From: Bugula neritina
Lineage: Eukaryota > Animalia > Bryozoa
Reading direction: 5' to 3'
DNA: 64,000 nt
NCBI GenBank assembly: GCA_964035545.1
Contig: OZ037773.1
Span: 587,751-651,750 of the forward strand
Below are positions 31,901-44,800 of this stretch, piece after piece (position 1 is the first letter of the stretch; every line of letters starts with the position of its first letter). Below the pieces are notes generated by a model, which did not search any database, was not told where the DNA came from, and saw only the letters and a program-made list of their open reading frames with translations. The position numbers were made by a program, and so were the translations under genes.

Positions 31901-33236
31901 CTGTGTATTCTAGATAAGAAATATGCTTCTCTGTTTTTCTATAATGTTGTTGATGGTAAATATTAATCTTAATTTATTAAAAAAATCAAGTTAACAATAT
32001 TTTCTGTGTATAGTGAATATAATGTACATAAGTATATGAAGTTATGAATAATACATTTTAACAATATTTTATTCCTAATAATATAATAGTAGTTGAATTA
32101 ACGTGACATAAGCACAATCTCTCAAGATTCTATCTCAGATCTATCTCTACTAGTTAAATTTATAAAAAATGTGAAAGATAGTCTTTTTATCATGAACTAT
32201 TATCAATTTCAAATCAATCATATCATAGAAAAAGGTCAGATCTATCTAAGAAATAGAAAAAAAACTGCTTGCAAAAATTTGTGTGCTCATAAGCTAGAAG
32301 GATAACTCATTGTTCGCTATTAGCAAAGTACTAAATAATTAAAACGACTACCTCTCAAGAGAACAAAACTTTCACTTTCATTTCAATTGTTGGCAAAACT
32401 CAGTCAAATAAAATTATACTTGGTAAAAGATAAAAAGAGAAACTTTAAATGGAATATGGATGATTAGTAAAATTGCAAATGTTGTCAGATGCTGCATAAT
32501 TTTAAATATAACAATCTTGTAAGTTTATAAATACTCTGCTAGACAGCTATTAATTTTATATATTATGTCTAAAAAATTGTCAAGTTGAAAATATTCAATA
32601 ATTATAGTTATCTCGAATTGCACAATTTTATCAGATTGCTTTAAGATACAAAATTTGCTGTAGATAGTTTATGATAATTGCAAATTTATAAACCACAATA
32701 ATTCTATTTTGTTTTACTCAAAGTAGCTTTAAACAATCACTCAGACAAGTAAACTAATAATACTAGGCAAATACCATTCAAGTTAGAAAAAATTAAACAG
32801 AGGATGTCATGAAAAAATGAGCAAACTGAAAGTATTTCCCAGATCCATGTGGCTAAGATGAACGGATGTTGATGCATGAAAGTGCAGCGATAGTGTGCAT
32901 ATACTGCAACTAGTCTGTAGTCAGTTTGATTAAAATTTGTAGCATATTTGAGTGTTTCTTGTTTTCATATAGGCACTTTAATTAAGATGTGCTCAGAGAG
33001 CACCACCACCTCTCAGGATGGAACTGCAGATGTCTGTCTGTTAAAGGACTTAACTGCTGGTGTTTGGATCAATGAAACTCTAATGATAGTTTATGAAACC
33101 AACAGAACTATGAAAGAAATAAAATGGGGTAAGTGTGCTGTGTAAGTGTACAGTGTAGGAGTACATATGGTCATGGTACTCTGTTCTGTGCTGATGAGGG
33201 GACAAATCCCGAAACAGCTGCTGTCCACGGATTGAG

Positions 33237-33281
<45 letters not shown>

Positions 33282-33541
33282 GTGTATAGTTTACCACTAA
33301 AGAGAGCTCAATGCAGTGCAGAGCAGAGTAAATAAAAGTAATGAACGATAAAATTTGATTTAAAACACTTTATTACTACTAGTTTCATGTGCATAGAATG
33401 TACACAATCTTCAGATAAAATGTTAAGATTTTATCTGAAGATTGTGTACATTCTATGCACATGAAACTAGTAGTAATAAAGTGTTTTAAATCAAATTTTA
33501 TCGTTCATTACTTTTATATATATATATATATATATATATAC

Positions 33542-33631
<90 letters not shown>

Positions 33632-34529
33632 AGCAAATCTTCCCTTAATAACAGAAATGAGATTCTATCCACATGCAGACATGCACGTAAACACTACCTG
33701 GGCAACATCACATAACAATACTAACAATTCTCAACCATAGTACTACCTATTATAAATTACCCTTTCCATCAAACATCTAGCTTTTATAGTCTAATCCATG
33801 AGAAAAAGAGCAATTTAATTAATTAATAGATAACACCAAATCCACTACTATGTTTGCATTTCGTTTTACGTTGTGTTTAGCATGATAATTTTCTTTATGT
33901 AAAAATTTGAATAAAGATTGGTAAAGGTTGGTGATGGTTGGTAATAGTTGGTGATGGTCGGTTGGTTATAAGTTAGAAATAAATATAAAATACAACCTGT
34001 TTGCCTCTCTGGCCTATAAGTAGTTTATTCAGTGGTAACTAAGCATCAGCCTTTACTTTATATGCACTCCAATGCTCATAAGTCTTGAGAATGTGAAGTG
34101 AAAGTTTCATATTGAAACCAACTTTTACTGATCTCCTAAGTTTATTAATAGCCAGTGCTCTAATCACAAGACTATGACTGTACATATGATAGAGTATATT
34201 ACCTAAATAGTGTTGCAAACAAACTTTCTGATCAAATTGCAGCAGTTTGAATAAATAATTGAAGACTGTCATAAATATTTTCAACTTTTATTAAAGTTTT
34301 TATCGCTTCAATAAAATATTTTTATGCATGTATTGTTAACCACACCTCAGAAATATGCTATAGCAATAGCTAAGTTTTTCTGTCTATTTCAGGACTTGCC
34401 ATTATTGTTGGCTGCTCTGCTGGTGGTGTCATTATTTTATTGGGAATAGTTGGTGGAATTTATGTGAAGAAAAGAACGTCGACTGATTATTATTCACTGA
34501 AGTATTTCCAACCAAGCAGCATTGCCTGA
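28902..34529 (+). CDS. Copy C (419 aa): stalk-less paralog with extended tail KKRTSTDYYSLKYFQPSSIA
   Basis: Exons 28902-28948, 29314-29431, 30190-30304, 30561-31119, 31828-31955, 32973-33128, 34393-34529 (1260 nt, phases compatible). No exon 7/8 homolog between 33129 and 34392. TAT at the position of B's TAG. Confidence 0.82.
29914..30119 (-). mobile_element. tRNA-derived SINE with 17-bp TSD
   Basis: Minus-strand head has an A box (TGGTCTAGAGG) and B box (GGTTCAAGCCC). TSD cactctcaactttgaac at 29897-29913 and 30120-30136. Confidence 0.85.
31211..31424 (-). mobile_element. Second copy of the same tRNA-SINE
   Basis: Same body (acaggagcaattatgactggatgctct..catcaccaat..gggttcgaacccatgac..ggcaaacgctctaa), with diverged ~22-bp direct repeats on both sides. 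Confidence 0.8.
33185..33231 (+). ncRNA. Type I hammerhead ribozyme
   Basis: Stem I UCUGUG/CACGGA, core CUGAUGA, stem II GGGG-acaaa-UCCC, GAAA, stem III CAG-cug-CUG, cleavage triplet GUC. All core nucleotides intact. Confidence 0.85.
33276..33517. mobile_element. Penelope-like 3'UTR/pseudo-LTR fragment forming a 90-bp-arm inverted repeat with a hammerhead in each arm
   Basis: Matches the 3'UTR part of the element at 50992-51988. Arms 33332-33421 and 33428-33517. Hammerhead CUGAAGA..GAAA CUA-G-UAG UA at 33428-33482(+) and 33367-33421(-). Confidence 0.8.
33630..33715 (+). mobile_element. Penelope-like GIY-YIG C-terminal fragment
   Basis: SSLNNRNEILSTCRHARKHYL* matches the LNxRxE...CRH terminus of the other Penelope copies in the window. 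Confidence 0.65.
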
Positions 34530-34737
34530 GAATAGTCATGTGTATGATTTGAAGTAAAAGTTGTATCTCATTGCTTTTGGAAAATTCCTTGCAAAATTCA
34601 ACGAACCTTCTACATGTACATAGTGTGCATTCTAAAATGATATGAAGATTTGAAATCTTTGTAACAATTTTTGTCAGAACCAAAATAAAAGAAAGAGATA
34701 TTATCTTTATTACTTCCAATCAACTACATTGTTTATA

Positions 34738-34965
34738 TTATTACCTGCACTACCCATTATTACCTGCACTACCCATTATTACCTGCACTACCCATTATTA
34801 CCTGCACTACCCATTATTACCTGCACTACCCATTATTACATGAACTACCCATTATTACCTGCACTACCCATTATTACCTGCACTACCCATTATTACATGA
34901 ACTACCCATTATTACATGAACTACCCATTATTACTACTTGCACTACCCATTATTACCTGAACTAC
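34738..34965. repeat. ~19-bp minisatellite (ttacctgcactacccatta) 3' of copy C
   Basis: About 11-12 units. The same motif is expanded 3' of E and present as 1-2 units 3' of B and D. Confidence 0.85.
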
Positions 34966-35760
34966 AACTTTAATCTGACTATCAAAGAAGCACGGCGGTG
35001 CAATGTGACCAAAGGTGACCATCAAAGAAGCAGTTCATTTACCATCCTGTGGTGTAATCTAGATTTCTTGTTGCTTTGGCTATGAAAATGTTGTAACACG
35101 CAATAAAATTTCTGACAGTAATCACCACTGGGGATATTCAAATATATGTTGAAAGCATTTTTGAAATTTTTTGCATTGTGAACTAAATTTGCTTCATTTC
35201 AAATAGATAAATGGAACTAGATTGAGATCAACCAGCCTAGGTGAGAAAAACTAGATTGTAGTAGATCATTATAGACATTTTGAATTGAATATTTAAAGCT
35301 ATGGGTGCCTACTCAGAATATATCTGAAATACCCAGCATTGCATAATATAAAACAATCAGATATATTTCATAATAATCTTAAGTTTGTTATTAAAGTTTG
35401 TATTTCTGTAAGAGTGTCTAATGAATAAGTTTTTTATAGAGATTTAGCAGTCTGGTAATACTGTAGCACAATAGAAATTAGAGAGAGCCAATCAAACGAA
35501 CCCATAGCTATAAAACATTTAGGTTTCTATTTGATTTATTCCTTACAAGTATTTGGTATGCAGTGTATATTTGTAGAATATGTAATATAGAGCATAGGTT
35601 AAACTATGGAAAACATTCTTTATCTGCTTGTTAACAATGTTTTGAGCTTTGCATTACGCTTTCCAATAACATCTTGTAGACTTCCCCAAGTATGCAAAAG
35701 TGAAATGTCAACTGAGCAATTTTAATTCAGTTTCAGGGAGTTATCTTCTCACACATAACT

Positions 35761-36902
35761 ATGAAGGTGATTTATACTATGATGTTTGCTGGCTTAGCTT
35801 TGACAAGGTAAAATATCCTATTATCACCTAATTTAAGTGGTTCATATAATAAACAGGTTTGCTGCTTGAATCAGCTGTGAAAGTTTTGTTGGCCACAAAC
35901 TTCCTGTAGACTATTGTCCCCCCCCCCCCCCCGCAGTCTTATATCACCAATATCTAACTAGAATAATGTTATACACGAAAATGTTTCAGTATTGAAAAAA
36001 ACTTTAAATAACTTTTTGTTTTATTTTATTATATTTCCCACCACCAACTTCTAAAAATGATTTATGCTGAGAGCTCAACTGTTAGAAAGACATTTTATCA
36101 AAAGAATATATAAAGTTATACCAACAGTGAAGAGAGTATAATTAACAATACATATGTGAAATATTTTCATAGTTTCTGTGAGAGTGTTAGAGTAAACCTG
36201 GCAGATGGAGTTGTCACCTCTGTCACGGCTACATTTTATCCTGATCTACCTTCAGATACTTCTTACTTTGTTGACGCAGGTGGCATGCAGGTAAATAATC
36301 TAATACAACTTAATTATATAAATTTGCTATTAATAAGAAAGAAAACATAACATAGTATAACAATAATTTGAAATACACTGCTTTAGAATATTCTTTAAAT
36401 TAATTGAATAAAGACAAAGTTTCATTTATTAAAAAGCTTCAAAGCAGTGAGCGATTTCCCAAATGCTAATGTTTAATGATCTTATCTGTGCTCACTATCT
36501 GTCTCATATTAAAGCATAAGGAACTATGCAATCTATAAAACTCAATCTAGAGTCCTAAAGTAACATGAATGGTGAGAAATGAAGTACATCTTTATATCAA
36601 AGTTGAAGTTATTTAGAGTATTCGATGACATGAATTCCAAAACACCTAATATAGAACATGCTTTTATAATATTCAAGACAAGACAATAATATTATGCACT
36701 CTCAACATCAGAGAACAAGATGGTTTCAACAATAAACTAGAGCGTGCATGTGTTTTCAGATAGACTTGACAGATCCATCACAGATGTTGATAGGTGTGAT
36801 GCCTCAGGTGAATCTCAAGAAAACTGCTGCTTTCTCTAATTTACCAATTGATGATGTGACTCAACCTCTTACAGGTTAGACATCAATATTAAGTACATAA
36901 TT

Positions 36903-36964
<62 letters not shown>

Positions 36965-38785
36965 TCTATAATTAAAAATGAATCAAAAGAACTCAATATT
37001 TCGAAAAATAGAGTATTTATATTTGGTACTAATACAATTTTGGATATAAAAATAAACTTAGATCTTCATTCTATTGACTACAATATTGTTTCACGTAGTG
37101 CGAGCTACGATCATCAGGTCGTTGTGTGTACGCTTGAGTGATTTTGTTTTGAAATTAGCATTGTTAGTGTATTACTACACTGGAATGTTTTAACTAGCGT
37201 CTGTTAAGTGCACAAGTAAAAATCTGCGTTTATGTTTACACGTGGTGGAAAGCTCTTTTCGTTTGTTGGGGGAAAATAATTCCGGTTGTTTTAAAATTAT
37301 ATATTTCTCATAGCTGCATAAGTTACATCTGTTGGTTAGGTTTGAGTATAATTTGCAAATTTTTAAAATATTCCATTTTAAGCTGAATTTTGTGTTGTTG
37401 TCTTTTAAATTCCAGATGTGTCTGCTGAGTTGCGTGCTGTTGGCTTTATCTGCATGTAGGAAAGAGGCTTTGTGGTTATTGAATCTGGTTTTGAAGGTAG
37501 TCGAACAGTGTCCTATGTACCTATGAATGGCTGGAACTATTGTCATGTCTTGTTACAGTTGCTTGGTATATTACGTTTTTGTATAAGCATTTACCATTTA
37601 ATGGACAGTGGGAAGGTTGTTTGCAGTTACATTGTGTGTCATTTAGTTTAGTAACGGTAGTAGGGGTGTGTGCGGTTTTAAGTTTGTGATGGTTCGAGCC
37701 ATCAATAATATTTTTCATGTTGGGCATGCATGATAGCTAATTTTTAAGGTTTTCCTATTGAAAATTTTACTTAGTTGGTTGGATGGTGGAAAGCATTTGT
37801 CTATGATTTGAAGAAATTTCTTCCCTATTTTGGTTTTTACTGTTGAACTAAAAGGTGGGTTGTACCACAATATGTTTCTATTTCTATTTTTATTATTGTT
37901 GTTGGATTTAGGTGTCGGGTTATATTTTAATTTATAGTCATATCTACTGCTTCTTGGTACGGTTGTGTGGTGGTGTTAAACTCCTTCTCATTGGAGGATA
38001 GTGAGCTAAGTCTTTTATTTATATTTTCTGGTATGTTTTTCAATACTGCAGGTGGATGGTCGCTTTGTTTGTGAACATAGAGGATAGTGTTTCCAGGTTT
38101 TGTATAGGGCTTATAGGATTGGTTAGTCAAGTTGAATGTTACATCTAGGAAGTTTACAACTTTCTTATTGGCTTCTATTGTAATTGAGAGATTAAATTTT
38201 CTAAAAAAGTTGCATATTTGTTTTTTGTTCTGCTCTATATGTCTAGGTGTTCCTTCACAAACTATGAGTCTATCATCTCTATACAGGCCTGAATAACATT
38301 CTATATTCATTTCAGTAGTTAATAGATTAAGCAAGTATATTCCAATTAGTTGGCAGTTTTCGGCGCCGTCATAGCTTCCCATAGTGACATCAAAATTACT
38401 GTCGTGTTTTTTTGTCCATTGTTCACCATTGGAGATAAGGATGAACTTTTTAGAGTGTAAAATTATTTCCTGGTGTTCAGTTGGTATGCTGGTAAAGTGT
38501 GACGCAAAGGAAAGGGCTTTGTAAAGGAGGTCTTCGGTTATTGATGGGTAGAAATTGCATATGTCAAAAGTAATAAATGAACCTTCTCCGTCCACACTTC
38601 TGCTTTAAGTCCACTCCGCACCTATTTTATTCAATGTTTTGTTTTGACTTGTTAAAGATAATTTAGTTGATGGGTTCGAACAATTAGTTTTATCCAGGGA
38701 TACTGCTTATATTGTAACCTTCGGAGGATGGTTGATACTATCATCAGGTATTATGGTTTAGAACAATTTTAATTTGCCATGTGTC

Positions 38786-38835
<50 letters not shown>

Positions 38836-41800
38836 TATATAAAGTGATTTTTCTCTGTGTATCAACCATCTCATGCTACTGCTACTCTACCAGTATTTTG
38901 GAATAATCTCTTTATCATACTCATGGGAAATGTTGCACTTTATTTGGGAACTTTTATATGTTGTCATAAAATTTACCTATGTTATTTACAGTTTTGTATG
39001 GAGACCCTACTAAAACTTTCATTGACAGATATGATCCACTAGAGTTTATTGATGGAGATAATGATACGTTTACAATAATCAGAATTGGCCACATGTATCA
39101 GACATCAGATCATAAGTATATCTACTTTGTTGACCAGAGATCTTGTGTTAGAAAACTTGACAGGATGGCTGCAAATCTCACAACTATAATAGGCAAAGGT
39201 CACTGTGGTAGCAGCACACTCGGTTTTGATAGTAGCACAGACCCAAGAGATGTCTATGGTATGACGTATTATGAAGCTGCCGATACTTTTTTCTTCTCTG
39301 TACAAGATAATGGTGTATACACATTCAGCAGAACATCTCCTCAGCTTCCTTACACACAGACAGGCCTTCTGCCTCTCAGTGAAATATCTACCACAATTTC
39401 TGACGGAATTGGAGATATGCTGATGGTTAATGACATTTTGTGGCAGAAGGTTGGTGAAGGACTAAACAAATACGATGTGAGTGGATATCAAACCAACAAA
39501 AATACCATTCTAGACTTTAGTTCTTCAGGGAATGCACAGAGGTATCTAAGGTAAATGAAAGGCTGTGGCTTTTATTCAAACTAAACTCCAGTAAGAAATT
39601 AGGCATAAGATTGTCATAGAGATTGAGCTAAGAGTAAAACAAAGTTAAAAACATATCGGTAGGAGATTGTAAATGTGATCATGATTGGTCAATGTCTAAA
39701 AATCATAACATGTTATCAGCTAATAACATGTTATCAGCTAATAACATGGTCAATTCTGAAAATCATTTATATCTATAGTTTAATTATTATAAACATAAGA
39801 AAAAATAATAAGTTTGGGGCTATAAAATAATTGCCATTTCTCTTCTCAAACCTAGTAATGTAGTGTATAGTTGTTTGTAGATTGAACTCTACTTTATTAA
39901 ATGTGTCTGTCATATGCAGTGAAAATTTCTAGGTACTCAGTCTACAGGCTAGCATTCTAGTTAGCTACTTTATCGATATAAATGTCGGTCTTTGTAGATA
40001 TCCTAATAGAACAGCCACTGTTTCTACACCAGAGGGAGTTATTTTACAGCATCCTTTAGACCCTGACTGGCTGTGTATTCTAGATAAGAAATATGCCTGT
40101 CTCTTCTTCTATAATATTGTTGATGGTAAATATTATTAAATATATAGGATATCAAAAGGACAATATAAACTATTGAAGTTTCATGTTTTTTGTATCTAGT
40201 GAAGATGCATTTATGATTGATTGATTGATTGATTACAGATCACAGACATGAAAACATGTGAAATTTATTGAAAATCCTGTAATAAGTAGACAATAACAAA
40301 ATTAAAAAAGAAGTCAGAACTGTGTTGGATTATTTAAAATAAAAGATTATTCAAAGTATTTACAAGATGTCATAAAAAGCTATCTCTGCCCCATGCTTCT
40401 CTGTATTTGATGGTTCGATATCTTCCAGAGGGGCATTGACTCAGGAACTCATTTATAAAGTGGTTATCATGAACTAAATATTTGATGGCGCTTGTTTTAG
40501 TTTGTTTCTGAATATGCAAATCTATACCATGATACTTAATACCAATTTTAGGGTAATCTTTGAAAATCTTTGTACCACTGGCATGTGTAGATGCAAGTAA
40601 AAATAATAAGTAGACAATATAGGAGATGCGTGACATGATGAAACCTTTGAATTACATATTCGCTAGAAGTTTAGAACTAAAATCTTTTTTTAAGTTGTAA
40701 CCATTAACTGCACATGCTCATGAAATTTCAAACTCTGATCCACTAACACACCAAGGTAGTTCACTCTATCAGGCACTACAATGTTAGTTCCATTCAATAC
40801 AAGAGTATGGGTATGAAGTTTAGCACGTTGGGTTGAGAATACTATTTCTTAGGTCTTAGTCAGGTTTAATTGTGGATCATAGCAAAAGCTATTTATGTAA
40901 CATTTTAATAAAACTTCAATTTTAATAATGATAATATTATTATGATGGAACCTCGTTTATTGCTACTGATATGATATGATATGATATGCGTTATTAGTGC
41001 AACTGGTCTGTAATGAATGTGACTGGAATCTGTAACCAACTTGAGTGTCTCTGGTATCTTTATAGATGCTTTAATTAAGATGTGCTCAAAGAACACCACC
41101 ACTGCTGGTGTTTGGGTCAACGAAACTCTAATGATAGTTTATGAAACTAACAGAACTATGAAAGAGATAACATGGAGTAAGTATAGAGTGTAAGTGTACA
41201 GTGTACGGAGTATAGTATATGTGTATAGTGTAGATATATAGTGTAGGTGTATAGTGTAGGAGTATAGTATATGTGTATAGTGTAGATATATAGTGTAGGT
41301 ATATACTGCAGGTATATAATGTAAAGTGTAGGTGTATACTGCAGGTATATAATGTAAAGTGTAGGTGTATACTGCAGGTATATAATGTATAGTGTAAGAA
41401 CATACTGTAGGTATATATTGTATAATGTAAGTATATAGGGGTAACGAAGGGGGGGCACAACGGGTCGAATTTTGCATTTATTGCTCTCATTCGTCTGTTT
41501 TTCAAGTTACTAGTTCAATAATCTTTAGTCTTAATGCTGCATCTGTTGTCTATTGCAGGTATCAGTTTGTTGTTTCTATCTCTCTCACAACTTTCAGAAT
41601 AAAGAAATTTTCATGACGAAAAAATTGGCCTATTGGGCCACTGGGTGGGACACAACAAATATATGGAAATTTTTAGCTTTTTTAGCTGTTTTAGCTGTAC
41701 AGTTTGTGGCACTACGGATAGCAGAGGAAGGCAAAATCAAACGCACCTTACTCGGTTCTACAGTGCCATTATCATTACTGTTTAGAACTAAAAATATGTT

Positions 41801-44800
41801 CTTTTATTTTCACTTCAGAGGAACTTCTATCAAAAAAAACTTTAGTAACATGTACTACAAAATTTCGAGTGGACTTTTTTATGAACTGTAGTTAAAGTAC
41901 ATGGCTGAGGTTTGTGACTGGAGTACGGAAGAGAAAGGGGGGGGGGGAAGTAAATGAGCAAATCACAATTTATTTTAGTCAAATACATGTATATTCCCTC
42001 AATGGTGTAATATATAATGAATATCATGACTATCTACTAGTAGCAACAGCAGAGTGTTTTGTATTATGTATAAAGTGGCAAAGCTTTAACCTCCCCAGAT
42101 GTATATATTAGGGGAGCTTCACCTTGTAGTTTTGTAGTCTTACCATGATGTCTTTGATATTTTACAAAAAGGTCAGAAATGGCTATATCTATAAATTTTA
42201 GTAACATTTCAACCAACCTTTTGGGCAAACAAACTAATAGCAGTGATCAGGGTGCAATAATCAGGTGGCCCATTCTGCCCCGTGTGGCCAAATTAAAAAT
42301 AGATGTGCCTCAAGGAAAGTTTATTTTAGAATTTGCTGCTATACTAGTTAAGCAATGTAGAAACAAGCAATGGCAACAATATTAGTAAAATATAGGCTTC
42401 TTGCCTTTGAGTGTAAAAAGTTATAAAGCTTTAACGACAGCCTAAAAAATTTACAAAAGTAGGTAAAAACAGTTTTTACTCGCCTTTTCAACACGTAATT
42501 TCCGCAAGTGTTGAAACTACAAAGGCTGAATAATTATGTCAATACCTTTTTATGAAAAAAAAATCACAACTATAAGTCAATAAGTTCTCTCTCAATTCGG
42601 CCAACTTTTTATACCCCTATGACCGTTGTGCCCCCCCCCCCCCCCTTACCCCTACTGCAGGTATATAATGTATAATGTAAGTATATACTGTAAGTATATA
42701 AAGCATAGTGTAAGAATACACTGTAGGTATATATTGTGTTTATGTAAACACAATATTTTGTTGGTGTATATAGTGTATGCAAAATGTAAGGTCTATATTA
42801 TGTATAATGCTATACATTAATAATTTAGAATGTACAATATCATAGAGTAAGAATAGAACGTAGGTAGCCTATAACGTAGTGAAAGCACATTGTGAGGGTA
42901 AAACATATTTGAAATAAACACATGGTGTGATAAGTACACAAGAGAAGCTATTCAGCTTTTTTGCAGCACTAGTTAGTGGTTGATTTATGATGTAACATGT
43001 TATTGTGTGCGAATACCTGCTATTTCGTGCTATTATTTGCTATTATCTGCAATTAACTTCTATTACCTGTTTGATATTTTTTGTTATCAACTATAAGCTC
43101 AGTAATAGGTTTTTATTCACTGTAATTAAAATCTTTATATGCGTCTTAATCATCATCTGCCGAATATTAGACGGTTGTATGCTATGCCCTATGCACAAAT
43201 ATTTTGTTTTATAAAAAGTTTTGTTTTCATGTTTGTCAATGTTATTATGTGTGTAGCTGATGGGTTAGAGCTAAGTAAACACACAAGAGTTAGGTTGTAG
43301 TCAGTTAGCATGAATAGAACTCTAGTGCTTCATTGTGACAAAAAGCTAATTCAAAATATATAATTTAAAAAAAAGCAAATATAGTAATGTTTTGGCTTGC
43401 TAGAAATGTTTAGTAATAGCATGCACAATTCCAATACTTCAAGTGTGAACAAAACATAAATGAGCCAAAACACAATATAACCAAATGCATTATATATATT
43501 GTTTTACGTAGCTTCTATAAAGCCATTATAGCAAGTTTCTGGCTCTAGCAGAGTGTATATCAATCAATACTATCATCAGTTGGCTTAAGACAGATAAGTG
43601 ACACTGTCTGCTTTGTTTGCTTGTCATCTGCTATGAAATGTGCTGAGACTTATGTGTTGGCAGATTGACAGAAAATTCTGATGTCCTTTTTGTTCCTACA
43701 ACTTGTTTTACTCTCGTAGCAGAGAATATGATTTGTCGCTCAACAGCATTTCTCCCATATCTTTCCTTCAATTTTGCTTGCTATTAGTGAATTCTTGAGC
43801 CAGAATTGGCTCTCTATATGTCCAAAAAGTGGTAAATTTAGTCCTGACTTGTTATACTAAGATTGCAGCTTCTTTCTGTTTCTTTGATGAATACCATGCA
43901 GCTGATCATAATAAATTGGGTCAGCAGCTCTGAGTAAATGTTCAAGAAGTTTTTGTATTAGACTATATCGCAGATTCTCTCAAAGCACATTTCTGTATTT
44001 TAATATCTTCATTTATAGTTTTCACAATCTGCAATCTACCTGAGACTTTGTGTATCAATTTTCTAAAAATGGAATAAGTGGTGGTGATCTGAGTGTATAT
44101 TTATATCAGGGTGGCAAACTATGAATTCATCAAATCTCTCAGTCCCAAATACTATTTATTGCCAAACACTCTGGAGTCTAGTTTCAATAGTACAGAATTT
44201 TGCTCAGAATTAGTTCAACTTCTAAAAGCTTATGCCATTGGCTTACTTTGCAGTATTAGTACAGCTACTATATACTAGCTATGGAAGCATGCACTTCTAT
44301 AGCTATAGGGCTATATTATCAAGGTATGTTGGCGCATCAGTGTCAAGGTTGGGGTTGTCTTCAGGCCGTCAAGTGCAGTCTGTTAGCCACTTGTGCCCTT
44401 ATTACCAGTACCATGTTTACCATGCCACTTTTACCGCACAACGAGAATGCCATATGCTACTACTGTAACTCCTTCAAGACTCAAGACTTCTTCAGTCAGA
44501 CGAAAGTAAAACTCTTCTGCAGTGCCAATGCAAGGCAAAAGAGCATTCAAAGAAAGTTATATTTGCTAGCTGGTATTCAGAAAATAGTCAATATTCTGCT
44601 GAGTTTTAGTTGATGGCATTGGGTGCAAGCCCACCTTTGCAGCACAGAGATAAAAGTTTAGGATTATTTAATTTAGGCAAAACATATTTCAGCGTTGGTC
44701 ATGCAGCATAAATTTGTCTGACGGAGTTATTTAGATTTTGTGGATCAATACATTTTCTAATTTTTCCCTAGTGTTTTACAGGTAGTGAATTACTAATTTA

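Noticed and set aside
38741-38750. CUGAUGA on the minus strand at the Penelope 5' end
   Set aside because: No stem II/GAAA follows, so it is not a hammerhead.
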